The notes under the pieces are model-generated. The model saw only the letters and a list, made by a program, of their open reading frames with translations. It had not been told where the DNA came from and did not search any database. From an uncultured Candidatus Saccharimonas sp. (GTDB lineage Bacteria; Patescibacteriota; Saccharimonadia; Saccharimonadales; AWTP1-31): a DNA stretch of 64,000 bases. Numbering within the stretch: the first letter of the stretch is position 1; each line of letters starts with the position of its first letter. A program made the position numbers and the translations under genes. The DNA lies in contig CALRBE010000004.1 in NCBI GenBank assembly GCA_943354005.1, forward strand, positions 4,600 through 68,599. The letters run 5' to 3'. This document shows positions 55,835 to 64,000 of the stretch, piece after piece.

Positions 55835-58794
55835 AGACTAACAGAATTAGACTGAGTGCCGTTATTTGCTTGAATATATGCAGTCTTACCTGTTCCAGTA
55901 AAGCTAGGAATTGGATAACTAAGTGAAGTTATATTACCAGTACAGGTTAGGGTGACTGTAGAGCTACTGTAGCAAAGCTTATATGGAGAACCACCTGAAA
56001 TGCTATTCCAGGTAAAGTTACCACCAGAGGCACTTAGCGTAATCAGATTACTAGCAGAACTAAACGCAATGCTTGCTGTCCCTTCGTAAAGAACGCTGTC
56101 TATTACTTGAGCCGTTAGTGTTCCGCTACCAGTTAGCGCAGATGCTGGAAGGGTTACACTCTGACCATTAGAGGTTACTTCAAACGATCTAATTATTTGA
56201 CCATTTACAATGAAGTTCACGACTCCCTTAAACTTTTCACTACTAATCGGGTATATACCTTGTGATACGGTAGCCGTATATCCATCGCCTGAAGGGCTCA
56301 GGGATATGCTTGGCGGTGTATCACCACACTTATGAACATCATCCTTTTCACCGTTAGCGTTAGCTCCTGCAAGGCCGCCAGGGACAAACTTATCTGCAGA
56401 GAATTGATTTGCTGATGCATTATTTACAGTTTCTTTAGCACGTTCCGGAGTACATTCAGTAGCAAGCTTCCCAGAAACCTTATCAATAACTTGTGCAGCT
56501 CCAGTGTTCTTAGAATTAGCTTTGTACCAAGATGGGAACAAATCATTTGCTGGACTTGGTTCGACAGATCCTAAACCTACTTTAGAACGAATTATGTAAG
56601 CTGGTTGCGTTTGTACTCCACTAGGCTTCTGACGTTCAACAGCTGGAATATCTGCATGCGCTGCGTTCATCCAGCCTTGCCAAATCGGTTGAGTCATACT
56701 CTCCATAGTTCCACTCAAAACTTTTTGCCCAGTATGAAACCCGACCCATACACCTGCTGAATATTTGGTAGAGAAGCCCATCATCCAACCATCTTTGTTG
56801 TCGTTTGTGGTTCCTGTCTTCATTCCAAACTTCCAGTCCTTATAGCGATGTGGTTTACGTCCTGCAGGGAAGTAACTGGCATTAGGATCACTCATCATGT
56901 CTGCAATAATGTATGCTGAATCAGCACGTACGGGTTGAGTACCTTTACTTGGCTTCCATTCTTCTAGTACTTTTCCTCCTGAATTCTTAATCTGTAGTAT
57001 GTACGTCTGAGGAATCACATTTCCATTACGCGAAATACTTCCATATGCATGCACATGTTCATCTAGATGCAAGAAGGCGCCATCGCCAATTGCACTTGAT
57101 GCATAACAAGGACCTTCTTTAGTATTTGCTTCATCTTCGTAACACTTATAACCGCTTGTAAGTCCTAGTTTTTCTGCAGTTTGAATTGTCTTATCAATTC
57201 CAACTGTAAGCATCGCCTTGACGGCCGGAACGTTACGAGAGCCACCAAGTGCGTAACGAAGTGTTACTGGGCCAGGGTACCTAAAGTCGTAATCCCAAAG
57301 GCAGTTAGCTTTTTTATCTGTTTTAGGGTTGTTTTTATTGGTACAAGGGTAGCCGTCTATAGGACCTTGTGTATCGTAAAGCACTGTTCCTGCTCCAACA
57401 TTTGTACTGTTTTCAATAAGCGCTAAATAGTCGTATGGTTTGAAGCTTGAGCCTGGAGGTAAGGGCCTGTTAGCGTAATTAAACTGCCCGAATTCTGGGT
57501 TATTAAAGTCAACTCCTCCGACAAGAGATACCATTTGCCCATTAGTCACGTCCTCGGCTGCAAAAGCTGCAACATCGCCACCCTGTCGTTTAATTTGTGG
57601 AAGAGCTTTGGCTACCTGTTGTTCAGCAATATCCTGAAGTCTAAGATCAAGAGTTGTAATAACTGACCAGCCACCGATCTTAGCAGTTTCTCTACTTGTC
57701 TCCAGTTGCTTCTTTGCAGCTAAAACAAACCAAGGAGCTCTTATCCCTGCATATTTTGGTTGCGGTTCTTTAACTTTAGCTAGAGTATCTACCTTAAGGG
57801 CATCCTGACGCTGCTGCTCATTTATATAGCCTTGTTCAGCCATTAGTTTAAGAACGTACTGTTGGCGGCCTATAAGGGCTTCACGTGATTCCTGAGGGTT
57901 AGTTTTAAAGTACGCTCCATAAGGTGAGTAGAAGGAAGGAGCTTTTGGTATTGCTGCTAGGAAGGCTGCTTCATCTAGAGTTAGGTCTTTAGCTGCTTTT
58001 TGGAAATAGTCGCGGGATGCGGCTTCAACTCCGTACTGGACGTTTCCGTATGGCGCAGTATTTAAGTACCCAGTAAGAATTTCCTGCTTTGAATAGCTAC
58101 GTTCAAGCTCGACAGAAAGAATAAGCTCCTTAAACTTACGAGTATAGCTTCTATCTTTAGACCAGTTCTGCGTAAGCTTCACGAGTTGTTGAGTAATTGT
58201 TGAGCCACCCTGTTGGCTGCTTCCTCCAGTAATGTTGTTGACTCCAGCACGCGTAATACCGCGGACATCAAAACCACCATGCTTGAAGAAATCCTTATCT
58301 TCAACGGCAACAGTCGCATTACGTACGAATGTTCCAGTCTCAGCTTCAGTAACCGGAATTCGTTTGACGGCATCGTAATCTTCCCAAAGGAGAGTTTTTC
58401 CTGTGCGATCATAGTAACGTATGCTGCCACCTATGTTGTTACCACTAATATCTCTAAGGTTAGGCAGATCTTTTCTGAAGTAGGCAAAAAGAGCTATAAG
58501 AATTAGGAAACCTGTAATTAACCCGATACCAATGATTTTAAGTGCCATGATAGCGCCATCACGACTAAACCAATATTTAAACATTCTACGGGGCTGGAAA
58601 TGTGCAAAAAATCGTTTAAGGCGGTTTTTAGGTAGTCCGGCTTGTCTCATTGCAGAGCGTGCAGACTTTGCAGCTTTACTCGTTTTAATTTTATTACCAA
58701 ATCCTTTGTTGATTTTAATAATGTTGCCACTACGAGTAGTGTACTTGTTCGAGCCTGTAGGCTTTCTGCCTCTAGCTTTGGATGGCTTGTTCAT
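55831..58794 (-). CDS. Class A penicillin-binding protein (PBP1A-type transglycosylase/transpeptidase) with a long C-terminal extension
   Basis: Basic N-terminus plus TM. GT51 motifs (EDKDFFKHGGFD, GGSTITQQLVK, RKFKE). Transpeptidase motifs SSFKP, and a KTGTT box (GMKTGTTN). About 250 extra C-terminal residues are rich in Ser/Thr/Gly. Confidence 0.9.
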   Translation of the reverse strand: MNKPSKARGRKPTGSNKYTTRSGNIIKINKGFGNKIKTSKAAKSARSAMRQAGLPKNRLKRFFAHFQPRRMFKYWFSRDGAIMALKIIGIGLITGFLILIALFAYFRKDLPNLRDISGNNIGGSIRYYDRTGKTLLWEDYDAVKRIPVTEAETGTFVRNATVAVEDKDFFKHGGFDVRGITRAGVNNITGGSSQQGGSTITQQLVKLTQNWSKDRSYTRKFKELILSVELERSYSKQEILTGYLNTAPYGNVQYGVEAASRDYFQKAAKDLTLDEAAFLAAIPKAPSFYSPYGAYFKTNPQESREALIGRQQYVLKLMAEQGYINEQQRQDALKVDTLAKVKEPQPKYAGIRAPWFVLAAKKQLETSRETAKIGGWSVITTLDLRLQDIAEQQVAKALPQIKRQGGDVAAFAAEDVTNGQMVSLVGGVDFNNPEFGQFNYANRPLPPGSSFKPYDYLALIENSTNVGAGTVLYDTQGPIDGYPCTNKNNPKTDKKANCLWDYDFRYPGPVTLRYALGGSRNVPAVKAMLTVGIDKTIQTAEKLGLTSGYKCYEDEANTKEGPCYASSAIGDGAFLHLDEHVHAYGSISRNGNVIPQTYILQIKNSGGKVLEEWKPSKGTQPVRADSAYIIADMMSDPNASYFPAGRKPHRYKDWKFGMKTGTTNDNKDGWMMGFSTKYSAGVWVGFHTGQKVLSGTMESMTQPIWQGWMNAAHADIPAVERQKPSGVQTQPAYIIRSKVGLGSVEPSPANDLFPSWYKANSKNTGAAQVIDKVSGKLATECTPERAKETVNNASANQFSADKFVPGGLAGANANGEKDDVHKCGDTPPSISLSPSGDGYTATVSQGIYPISSEKFKGVVNFIVNGQIIRSFEVTSNGQSVTLPASALTGSGTLTAQVIDSVLYEGTASIAFSSASNLITLSASGGNFTWNSISGGSPYKLCYSSSTVTLTCTGNITSLSYPIPSFTGTGKTAYIQANNGTQSNSVSL

Positions 58795-58934
58795 TAGAAT
58801 GTAATTCGCTCCTTATGTAGTATTTATTATACCAAATTTTTCTAATTTCATAGGATAAAAATCGTTAGCATTATATTTGTATATAAACATTCATCTTACT
58901 ACCAACGACAATGGCTATAAGGTATACTTTTTGT

Positions 58935-60191
58935 ATGGTACAAGAATCACTCACGCAAGAGCTAATACGACGAGGCTTCGTTAATCAAACAACCTTCAAG
59001 TCAATGAAAGATCTCGACTCAACTAAGCGCACATTCTACTTCGGTGTAGATCCAAGCGCGGCTTCAATGACTATCGGCAACTTGGCAGGCATTATGATGG
59101 TTAGAACATTCATTCGACATGGACACAAGGCCATTCTATTGATTGGCGGAGCTACTGGTATGATTGGCGATCCTGACGGTAAAAACGAAGAAAGAGAGCT
59201 GAAGCCTCTAGAAGAAATAGAACAGAACAAAAAAAATATTGTAGATCAATATAAGATAATACTAGATGGCCTTGATTTCGAAGTTGTTGATAATTATTCC
59301 TGGTTCAAGGATATGAATTACCTAGATTTTTTGCGGGACATAGGTAAAAAGGTGCCTATGAGACAAATGCTTGGACGCGATTTTGTGAACAAGCGTTTAA
59401 GTGCAGACGGTATGGGAATTAGCTACGCTGAATTTTCATATGTCTTAGTGCAGGCCTATGATTTTCTTCATTTACATAAAGAAAAGGATGCAACTCTACA
59501 GATTTGTGGATCTGATCAGTGGGGAAATGCAATTGCTGGCGTTGATCTAATTAGACGAGTGACGGGTAACGAGACTCATGTTTGGTCAATACCGCTTGTA
59601 GTCAATAAATCCACGGGCGTTAAATTCGGTAAGAGTGAAGCTGGAGCTGTTTGGCTAAATCCTGACATGACAACACCATACCAGTTCTATCAATTCTGGC
59701 TTAATCTTGATGACGCCGGTGTTGATGACTACTTAAGAATCTATACTGAAATTAGTGAAGAAGACATAAGTGCGACAATGTCTGATTTTGAGAAAAATAA
59801 ATCACAAAGAGCCGCACAGAAGAAACTTGCATATGAAGCAACAAAATTAATTCATGGACTAAACACTGCAAATTCAGTACGCAAGATCAGCGAAGCCTTA
59901 TTCGGGAATACGTCTTTTAATTCTCTTGCTACCCAAGACTTTGTCCAGCTATCAAAAGAGTTAGGCTCTACAAAGGTTTCAAAAGACGATTCCCTAATTG
60001 ATATCCTCGTTGCTTCCCATCTCGCTTCATCTAAAGGTGATGCACGTCGTTTCATTGAAGCTAAGGCCGTTTATATCAATGGAACTCAGATAGGGCCCGA
60101 AAACACGACTCTCGATCCAGACACATTTATTGAGGGCTATATGTTGCTGAGAAGAGGAAAAAATAACCAAACTGTAATCTGCCTGCAATAA
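58935..60191 (+). CDS. tyrS: Tyrosine--tRNA ligase
   Basis: YFGVDPSAASMTIGNL (HIGH-type region), KFGKS (KMSKS region), and a C-terminal S4-like domain. ATG 58935 (MVQESLTQELIRRGF) fits the usual N-terminus and lies 6 nt after TATACT. Confidence 0.93.
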   Translation: MVQESLTQELIRRGFVNQTTFKSMKDLDSTKRTFYFGVDPSAASMTIGNLAGIMMVRTFIRHGHKAILLIGGATGMIGDPDGKNEERELKPLEEIEQNKKNIVDQYKIILDGLDFEVVDNYSWFKDMNYLDFLRDIGKKVPMRQMLGRDFVNKRLSADGMGISYAEFSYVLVQAYDFLHLHKEKDATLQICGSDQWGNAIAGVDLIRRVTGNETHVWSIPLVVNKSTGVKFGKSEAGAVWLNPDMTTPYQFYQFWLNLDDAGVDDYLRIYTEISEEDISATMSDFEKNKSQRAAQKKLAYEATKLIHGLNTANSVRKISEALFGNTSFNSLATQDFVQLSKELGSTKVSKDDSLIDILVASHLASSKGDARRFIEAKAVYINGTQIGPENTTLDPDTFIEGYMLLRRGKNNQTVICLQ

Positions 60192-60247
60192 TACTGTATA
60201 CTTCGCTGTGTAGAAAAAATAATAACAAGAACTAAACAAAGGTACAT

Positions 60248-61012
60248 ATGCCAACATCAAAGAAAAAAGCCGATCAATATAACGACCCTAAACATAACTA
60301 CCTAGACTATTGGAATGGCCGAGACTACGAAAATAAGTCAGAAATTATAGCTCTCAAAAGGTTCTTAAAAGGCAAACATTTCAAAAACGCTGCTGATATT
60401 GGCGGAGGCTTTGGAAGGCTTTGCATTTTCCTTAAGGAATACGCAGACAAAGTTACATTAGCAGAACCTAGTCAGCAACAACTTGACATCGGTAAGGACT
60501 ACCTTAAAGATCAACCAGATATAAAAATGGTACTAACTCAAGCTGATGATCTTAAATTTAAAGATAATTCACTTGATCTTATTACTATGATTCGCGTTAT
60601 GCACCATCTTCCAGATCCGACTAAAGAATTTTCTGAAATAAAGCGTGTTCTTACAGATGACGGTGTATTCATTTTAGAAATTGCCAATAACATTCACGCG
60701 CGAAACCGCATGAAGTACTTAATTAAAGGCGAAAAACTACCAACAAAACCCGTCGACATAAGATCAGATGCTAATCGCAACGACGAAGAAATTGCTTTTG
60801 TGAACCATAATCCAAAAACAGTCATCAAACAACTAGCTCACGAAGGATTAAAAGTTGAAAAAGTATTATCTGTTTCAAATCTTCGTAGTCAATCTCTTAA
60901 GAAAGTCTTACCTGAAAGTGCAATGTTAGCAATAGAAAATGTAATGCAACCAACACTTGCAAAAGCATATTTTGGTCCAAGTACCTTCCTTCTTATACGA
61001 AAAGCTGTATAG
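60248..61012 (+). CDS. Class I SAM-dependent methyltransferase
   Basis: Motif I ADIGGGFGRL, with acidic motif II and post-I regions. Substrate unknown. Confidence 0.75.
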   Translation: MPTSKKKADQYNDPKHNYLDYWNGRDYENKSEIIALKRFLKGKHFKNAADIGGGFGRLCIFLKEYADKVTLAEPSQQQLDIGKDYLKDQPDIKMVLTQADDLKFKDNSLDLITMIRVMHHLPDPTKEFSEIKRVLTDDGVFILEIANNIHARNRMKYLIKGEKLPTKPVDIRSDANRNDEEIAFVNHNPKTVIKQLAHEGLKVEKVLSVSNLRSQSLKKVLPESAMLAIENVMQPTLAKAYFGPSTFLLIRKAV

Positions 61013-61051
61013 GACTCGACCATACATCGTTCTCCAGGTAGTATTGGTAGC

Positions 61052-63091
61052 ATGAACGGATCTGATACTATTGGAATAATAAAGGGCATTGGGCCGGCAA
61101 CTGAGCCATTATTTCATAAAATTGGTATTGCCACACTTCAGGATCTAGTTGATTACTACCCAAGAAGCTATACTGACTTTTCTCATATTACTAATATTCG
61201 AGATATCGAACCCGGCTTAGTAACTATTAAGGCTAAAATAATAAAAGTTACTGGACGGTATGTCCGGCGAGGCATGCATATTACCGAAGCAGTAGCTGAA
61301 GATTCCACAGGCTCTATTCGTATGGTGTGGTTCAATCAGCCCTACAGAGCTACTTCAATTGGAAGTGAGGCTGACTACTTTATTTCCGGAATGTTTGAAC
61401 TTAGTCGACAAAAGATGGTTCTAATGAACCCTACCATTGAAAAGGTTTCCGATCTTCCTATAAGTACTGCCCGAATAGTTCCTCGCTATAAGGAAACTAA
61501 GGGTTTGAAATCAAATCAAATCCGTAAGTCAATTAGAGAAATACTGTCGTATATCAAGAGCGCTCCAGAAACTTTGCCTGAGTGGGTTTTGAATGAACAA
61601 GATCTGATCCCCAGGCACGAAGCTTTGCTTGCCATGCACTTTCCTGAAAGTTCAGAGCATCTCGACGAAGCAAAAAAAAGACTTGGCTTTGAAGAAGTAT
61701 TTGAGCTAGCTCTCGCCTCACTACTTAATAAGGACGAACACGATCAAGAGCATGCGCTCAATATAGTTTTTAATCAGAAACTAGCAAAGGATTTTGTTGG
61801 TCATCTCCCGTTTGAACTTACTCCTGACCAGAAAAGGGTTACTTGGCAGATTTATCAAGACATGGCATCTGCTAACTGCATGAATAGACTAATTGAAGGC
61901 GATGTTGGTTCTGGAAAAACGGTTGTTGCAACTATGGCTGCGTTGATGGTCTTAGCGCAGGAGCTTCAGGTTGCCTTTATGGCACCAACTGAGCTACTGG
62001 CTCGTCAGCATGCAGATACGATCCATTCGCTACTTAAACCTATTGGACTTGAGGGTTCTGTTGGCCTGCTTGTTGGTGGTATGTCGATGTCTCAGAAAAA
62101 AGTAATGCATGAAAGAATAGATTCAGGCGATGTACGCTTCATCATTGGAACACATGCCCTCATTCAAGATAAAGTTAATATGAAGAACCTGGGACTAGTT
62201 ATAATCGACGAGCAACATCGTTTCGGAGTCTCACAGCGTAAACAGCTACAAAAAAAGGCTGGACACATGCCTCATGTTCTATCCATGACCGCAACTCCTA
62301 TTCCTAGAACACTCGCTCTGACTCTTTACGGAGAACTAGATATCTCGATTATTTCATCAAAACCAAAAGGTAGAAAAGCAATTGAAACTAATATCATTTC
62401 ACCCAACTCTACAAAAACAATCCATGCATACATAGATTTAGAAATAGATAAAGGTAGACAAGTTTTTGTTGTATGCCCACTAATATCGGAATCAGAAGTA
62501 TTACAAACAGTCCATTCAGTTGGTAAGGTCCACAAGGAGCTTGCCGAGGGACCATTTAAACATCGTCGAGTAGGTCTGTTACATGGAAAATTACCAGCGG
62601 ATGAGAAAAATGCCATAATGCAGGACTTTATTGATAAAAAAATCGATATATTAGTGTCAACAACTGTAATTGAGGTAGGTGTCGATGTCCCTAACGCTAC
62701 TGTGATGCTAATTCAAAGTGCAGATCGTTTTGGACTAGCTCAACTACACCAATTGAGGGGACGTGTCGGACGTAGTGAACATCAAGGGTATTGTTACCTT
62801 GTGCTTAGTGACTCAAAAGCCCCTAGTAAAAGATTGCAAATATTTGAAAGAAACAATGATGGATTCAAGCTGGCTGAGCTAGATTTAGAGCTAAGAGGCC
62901 CGGGCGCCATCTACGGAACCTTCCAACACGGCCAACTTGACCTGAGGGTCGCTAAATTAACAGACGTGAAGCTCATTGAAGCAGCGCGACAATCGGCTCG
63001 TAGATTTATTAAAAAAGATGAAAAAATGGTATACTATAAGCATCTTGCAGACAGAGTGAATACGCTGAGATCTGTGACTAATCTAAATTAA
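61052..63091 (+). CDS. recG: ATP-dependent DNA helicase RecG
   Basis: Wedge/OB N-terminus. Helicase motifs GDVGSGKT, DEQHRFG, MTATPIPRT, QLHQLRGRVGR. Confidence 0.95.
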   Translation: MNGSDTIGIIKGIGPATEPLFHKIGIATLQDLVDYYPRSYTDFSHITNIRDIEPGLVTIKAKIIKVTGRYVRRGMHITEAVAEDSTGSIRMVWFNQPYRATSIGSEADYFISGMFELSRQKMVLMNPTIEKVSDLPISTARIVPRYKETKGLKSNQIRKSIREILSYIKSAPETLPEWVLNEQDLIPRHEALLAMHFPESSEHLDEAKKRLGFEEVFELALASLLNKDEHDQEHALNIVFNQKLAKDFVGHLPFELTPDQKRVTWQIYQDMASANCMNRLIEGDVGSGKTVVATMAALMVLAQELQVAFMAPTELLARQHADTIHSLLKPIGLEGSVGLLVGGMSMSQKKVMHERIDSGDVRFIIGTHALIQDKVNMKNLGLVIIDEQHRFGVSQRKQLQKKAGHMPHVLSMTATPIPRTLALTLYGELDISIISSKPKGRKAIETNIISPNSTKTIHAYIDLEIDKGRQVFVVCPLISESEVLQTVHSVGKVHKELAEGPFKHRRVGLLHGKLPADEKNAIMQDFIDKKIDILVSTTVIEVGVDVPNATVMLIQSADRFGLAQLHQLRGRVGRSEHQGYCYLVLSDSKAPSKRLQIFERNNDGFKLAELDLELRGPGAIYGTFQHGQLDLRVAKLTDVKLIEAARQSARRFIKKDEKMVYYKHLADRVNTLRSVTNLN

Positions 63092-63140
63092 TAAAATCTG
63101 AATGTATTCAAAAAAAGAAAGTTAATAACGGTATTTAGAA

Positions 63141-63959
63141 ATGTACTCAGGTACAACTTTTACAAATAAATCAGGCAGCATCATGGGTGCTCACCAAAAG
63201 ATTGACCGCGTTGCTCGTAATAATATAGCTAAATTACTTGATGACGATTCTTTATTCCCTGATTCTAAGAACATTATCCATTTCGAGGGGCGTAACGGGC
63301 CAGACGGAATAAAAGGCAAGAGTCCTGCAGTCAACGAACCTTGGCATTTTTATAATCCCTTCGATGACGAGGATATTCTTTTAATCGATATTATTAGAGA
63401 ACATTATGAAAAGCTGGTTACTGTTCTAGCTTCTCATAACCGGGAACGCGTAGCATTTGAGGCTGCGTGGCTTGCGCACGCTCTAGTAGACGGCCTAACA
63501 CCAGCCCATCATTATCCATATGAAGAAAAACTACTCGAACTTAGAGGTGAAGGTCTGGAGACCCGTACTACTATCAAGGAAAAGATGGTCATTCCTGGCA
63601 GTACAAAAACTGAGATGGTAAAAAACAACTGGAAAATGTGGGGACCGAAGGGACTTATGAGTACTCACGCACTTTTTGAGCTTGGAGTCGCAGCTATTAT
63701 TGCACCGCTTTCACTTTCTAGCAGTATGCCCAAGGAAGATGATATAAAACGAATGCAAGAAATTGGTGTTACTGAATACTTTAAACAAACTGCCAGAGAG
63801 ATAGCCGTCCAAGACCTCTACATGCGTTTTTATAAAAGAGGATGGACTACTAAATTAACTCTAGATATACGTAAAAAGCTAGTTCCAACAATTACTAAAA
63901 CTGTAACCCTGGCTTGGTACTGCGCAATTCAGGATTCTAAAATACTTACAAAAAAATGA
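63141..63959 (+). CDS. Hypothetical protein, possibly zinc-dependent phospholipase C / P1-nuclease-like fold
   Basis: 272 aa. AWLAHALVDGLTPAHH resembles the H-x3-D-x4-P-x-H metal-binding segment of the zinc-dependent PLC/S1-P1 nuclease superfamily. Additional early His (GAHQKIDR) and WHFYNP are present. Weak call. Confidence 0.4.
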   Translation: MYSGTTFTNKSGSIMGAHQKIDRVARNNIAKLLDDDSLFPDSKNIIHFEGRNGPDGIKGKSPAVNEPWHFYNPFDDEDILLIDIIREHYEKLVTVLASHNRERVAFEAAWLAHALVDGLTPAHHYPYEEKLLELRGEGLETRTTIKEKMVIPGSTKTEMVKNNWKMWGPKGLMSTHALFELGVAAIIAPLSLSSSMPKEDDIKRMQEIGVTEYFKQTAREIAVQDLYMRFYKRGWTTKLTLDIRKKLVPTITKTVTLAWYCAIQDSKILTKK

Positions 63960-64000
63960 GAATAATATCCGGAACTCTTAAAGGGCATACTTTTGATTCA
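63956..64000 (+). CDS. Start of a probable RsmD-type 16S rRNA methyltransferase (3' end outside the window)
   Basis: The ATG overlaps the upstream stop (ATGA). MRIISGTLKGHTFDS resembles the RsmD N-terminus (MRIIgGk.kGr.l). Only 15 codons are visible. Confidence 0.4.
   Translation, partial: MRIISGTLKGHTFDS

Noticed and set aside
1-64000. Search for CRISPR arrays, transposases or IS elements, integrases, prophage genes, toxin-antitoxin pairs, reverse transcriptases and restriction-modification systems
   Set aside because: None of the ORF translations show the corresponding motifs, and I saw no spaced direct-repeat arrays. The only repeat-type signals are the 36-bp coding duplication and the tRNA 3' fragment. 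I cannot exclude short dispersed repeats without a computational self-comparison.

Overview
The window is a gene-dense, moderately AT-rich bacterial chromosome segment read with the standard genetic code; conserved genes are intact, so TGA is a stop. I count about 60 CDS and one tRNA. I saw no rRNA, CRISPR array, transposase, integrase or phage genes.

The content is mostly housekeeping:
- Translation: pheST, gatC-gatA-(unknown ORF)-gatB, tyrS, rplS.
- Replication, repair and transcription: dnaE, uvrB, radA, recG, rmuC, rnhB, nusA.
- Proteostasis: clpC, M1 aminopeptidase, HtrA-like protease, FKBP.
- Envelope: PBP1A, PAP2 phosphatase, galU, CAP-domain protein, orphan PilB/GspE ATPase.
- Redox: glutaredoxin-like protein, trxB, FNR-like reductase.
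- A compact central-carbon cluster: ppa, gap, rpiB, rpe-like, split transketolase, class II fba, PfkB kinase.

The split transketolase, GatCAB, absence of biosynthetic operons and many membrane-anchored hypotheticals suggest a reduced-genome Patescibacteria/CPR organism, possibly Saccharibacteria-like. That placement is inference only.

Observations most worth follow-up:
1. A translationally coupled pair, an unknown 413-aa protein plus a TIGR00725/LOG-like protein, sits at the end of the fba-pfkB operon.
2. An uncharacterised 114-aa ORF is embedded and translationally coupled between gatA and gatB.
3. At 19 starts a -10 box lies 6-9 nt upstream of the start codon with no SD, implying widespread leaderless mRNAs alongside SD-led genes.
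4. A near-consensus CIRCE (HrcA) operator precedes clpC, in a Firmicutes-like clpC-radA synteny interrupted by a novel HExxH membrane protein.
5. A promoter plus intrinsic terminator lies in the nusA leader.
6. An orphan tRNA 3' fragment and tRNA-Gln flank a small, compositionally odd accessory patch at the left end.

All functional calls come from reading motifs in the translated ORFs; no database search was possible.
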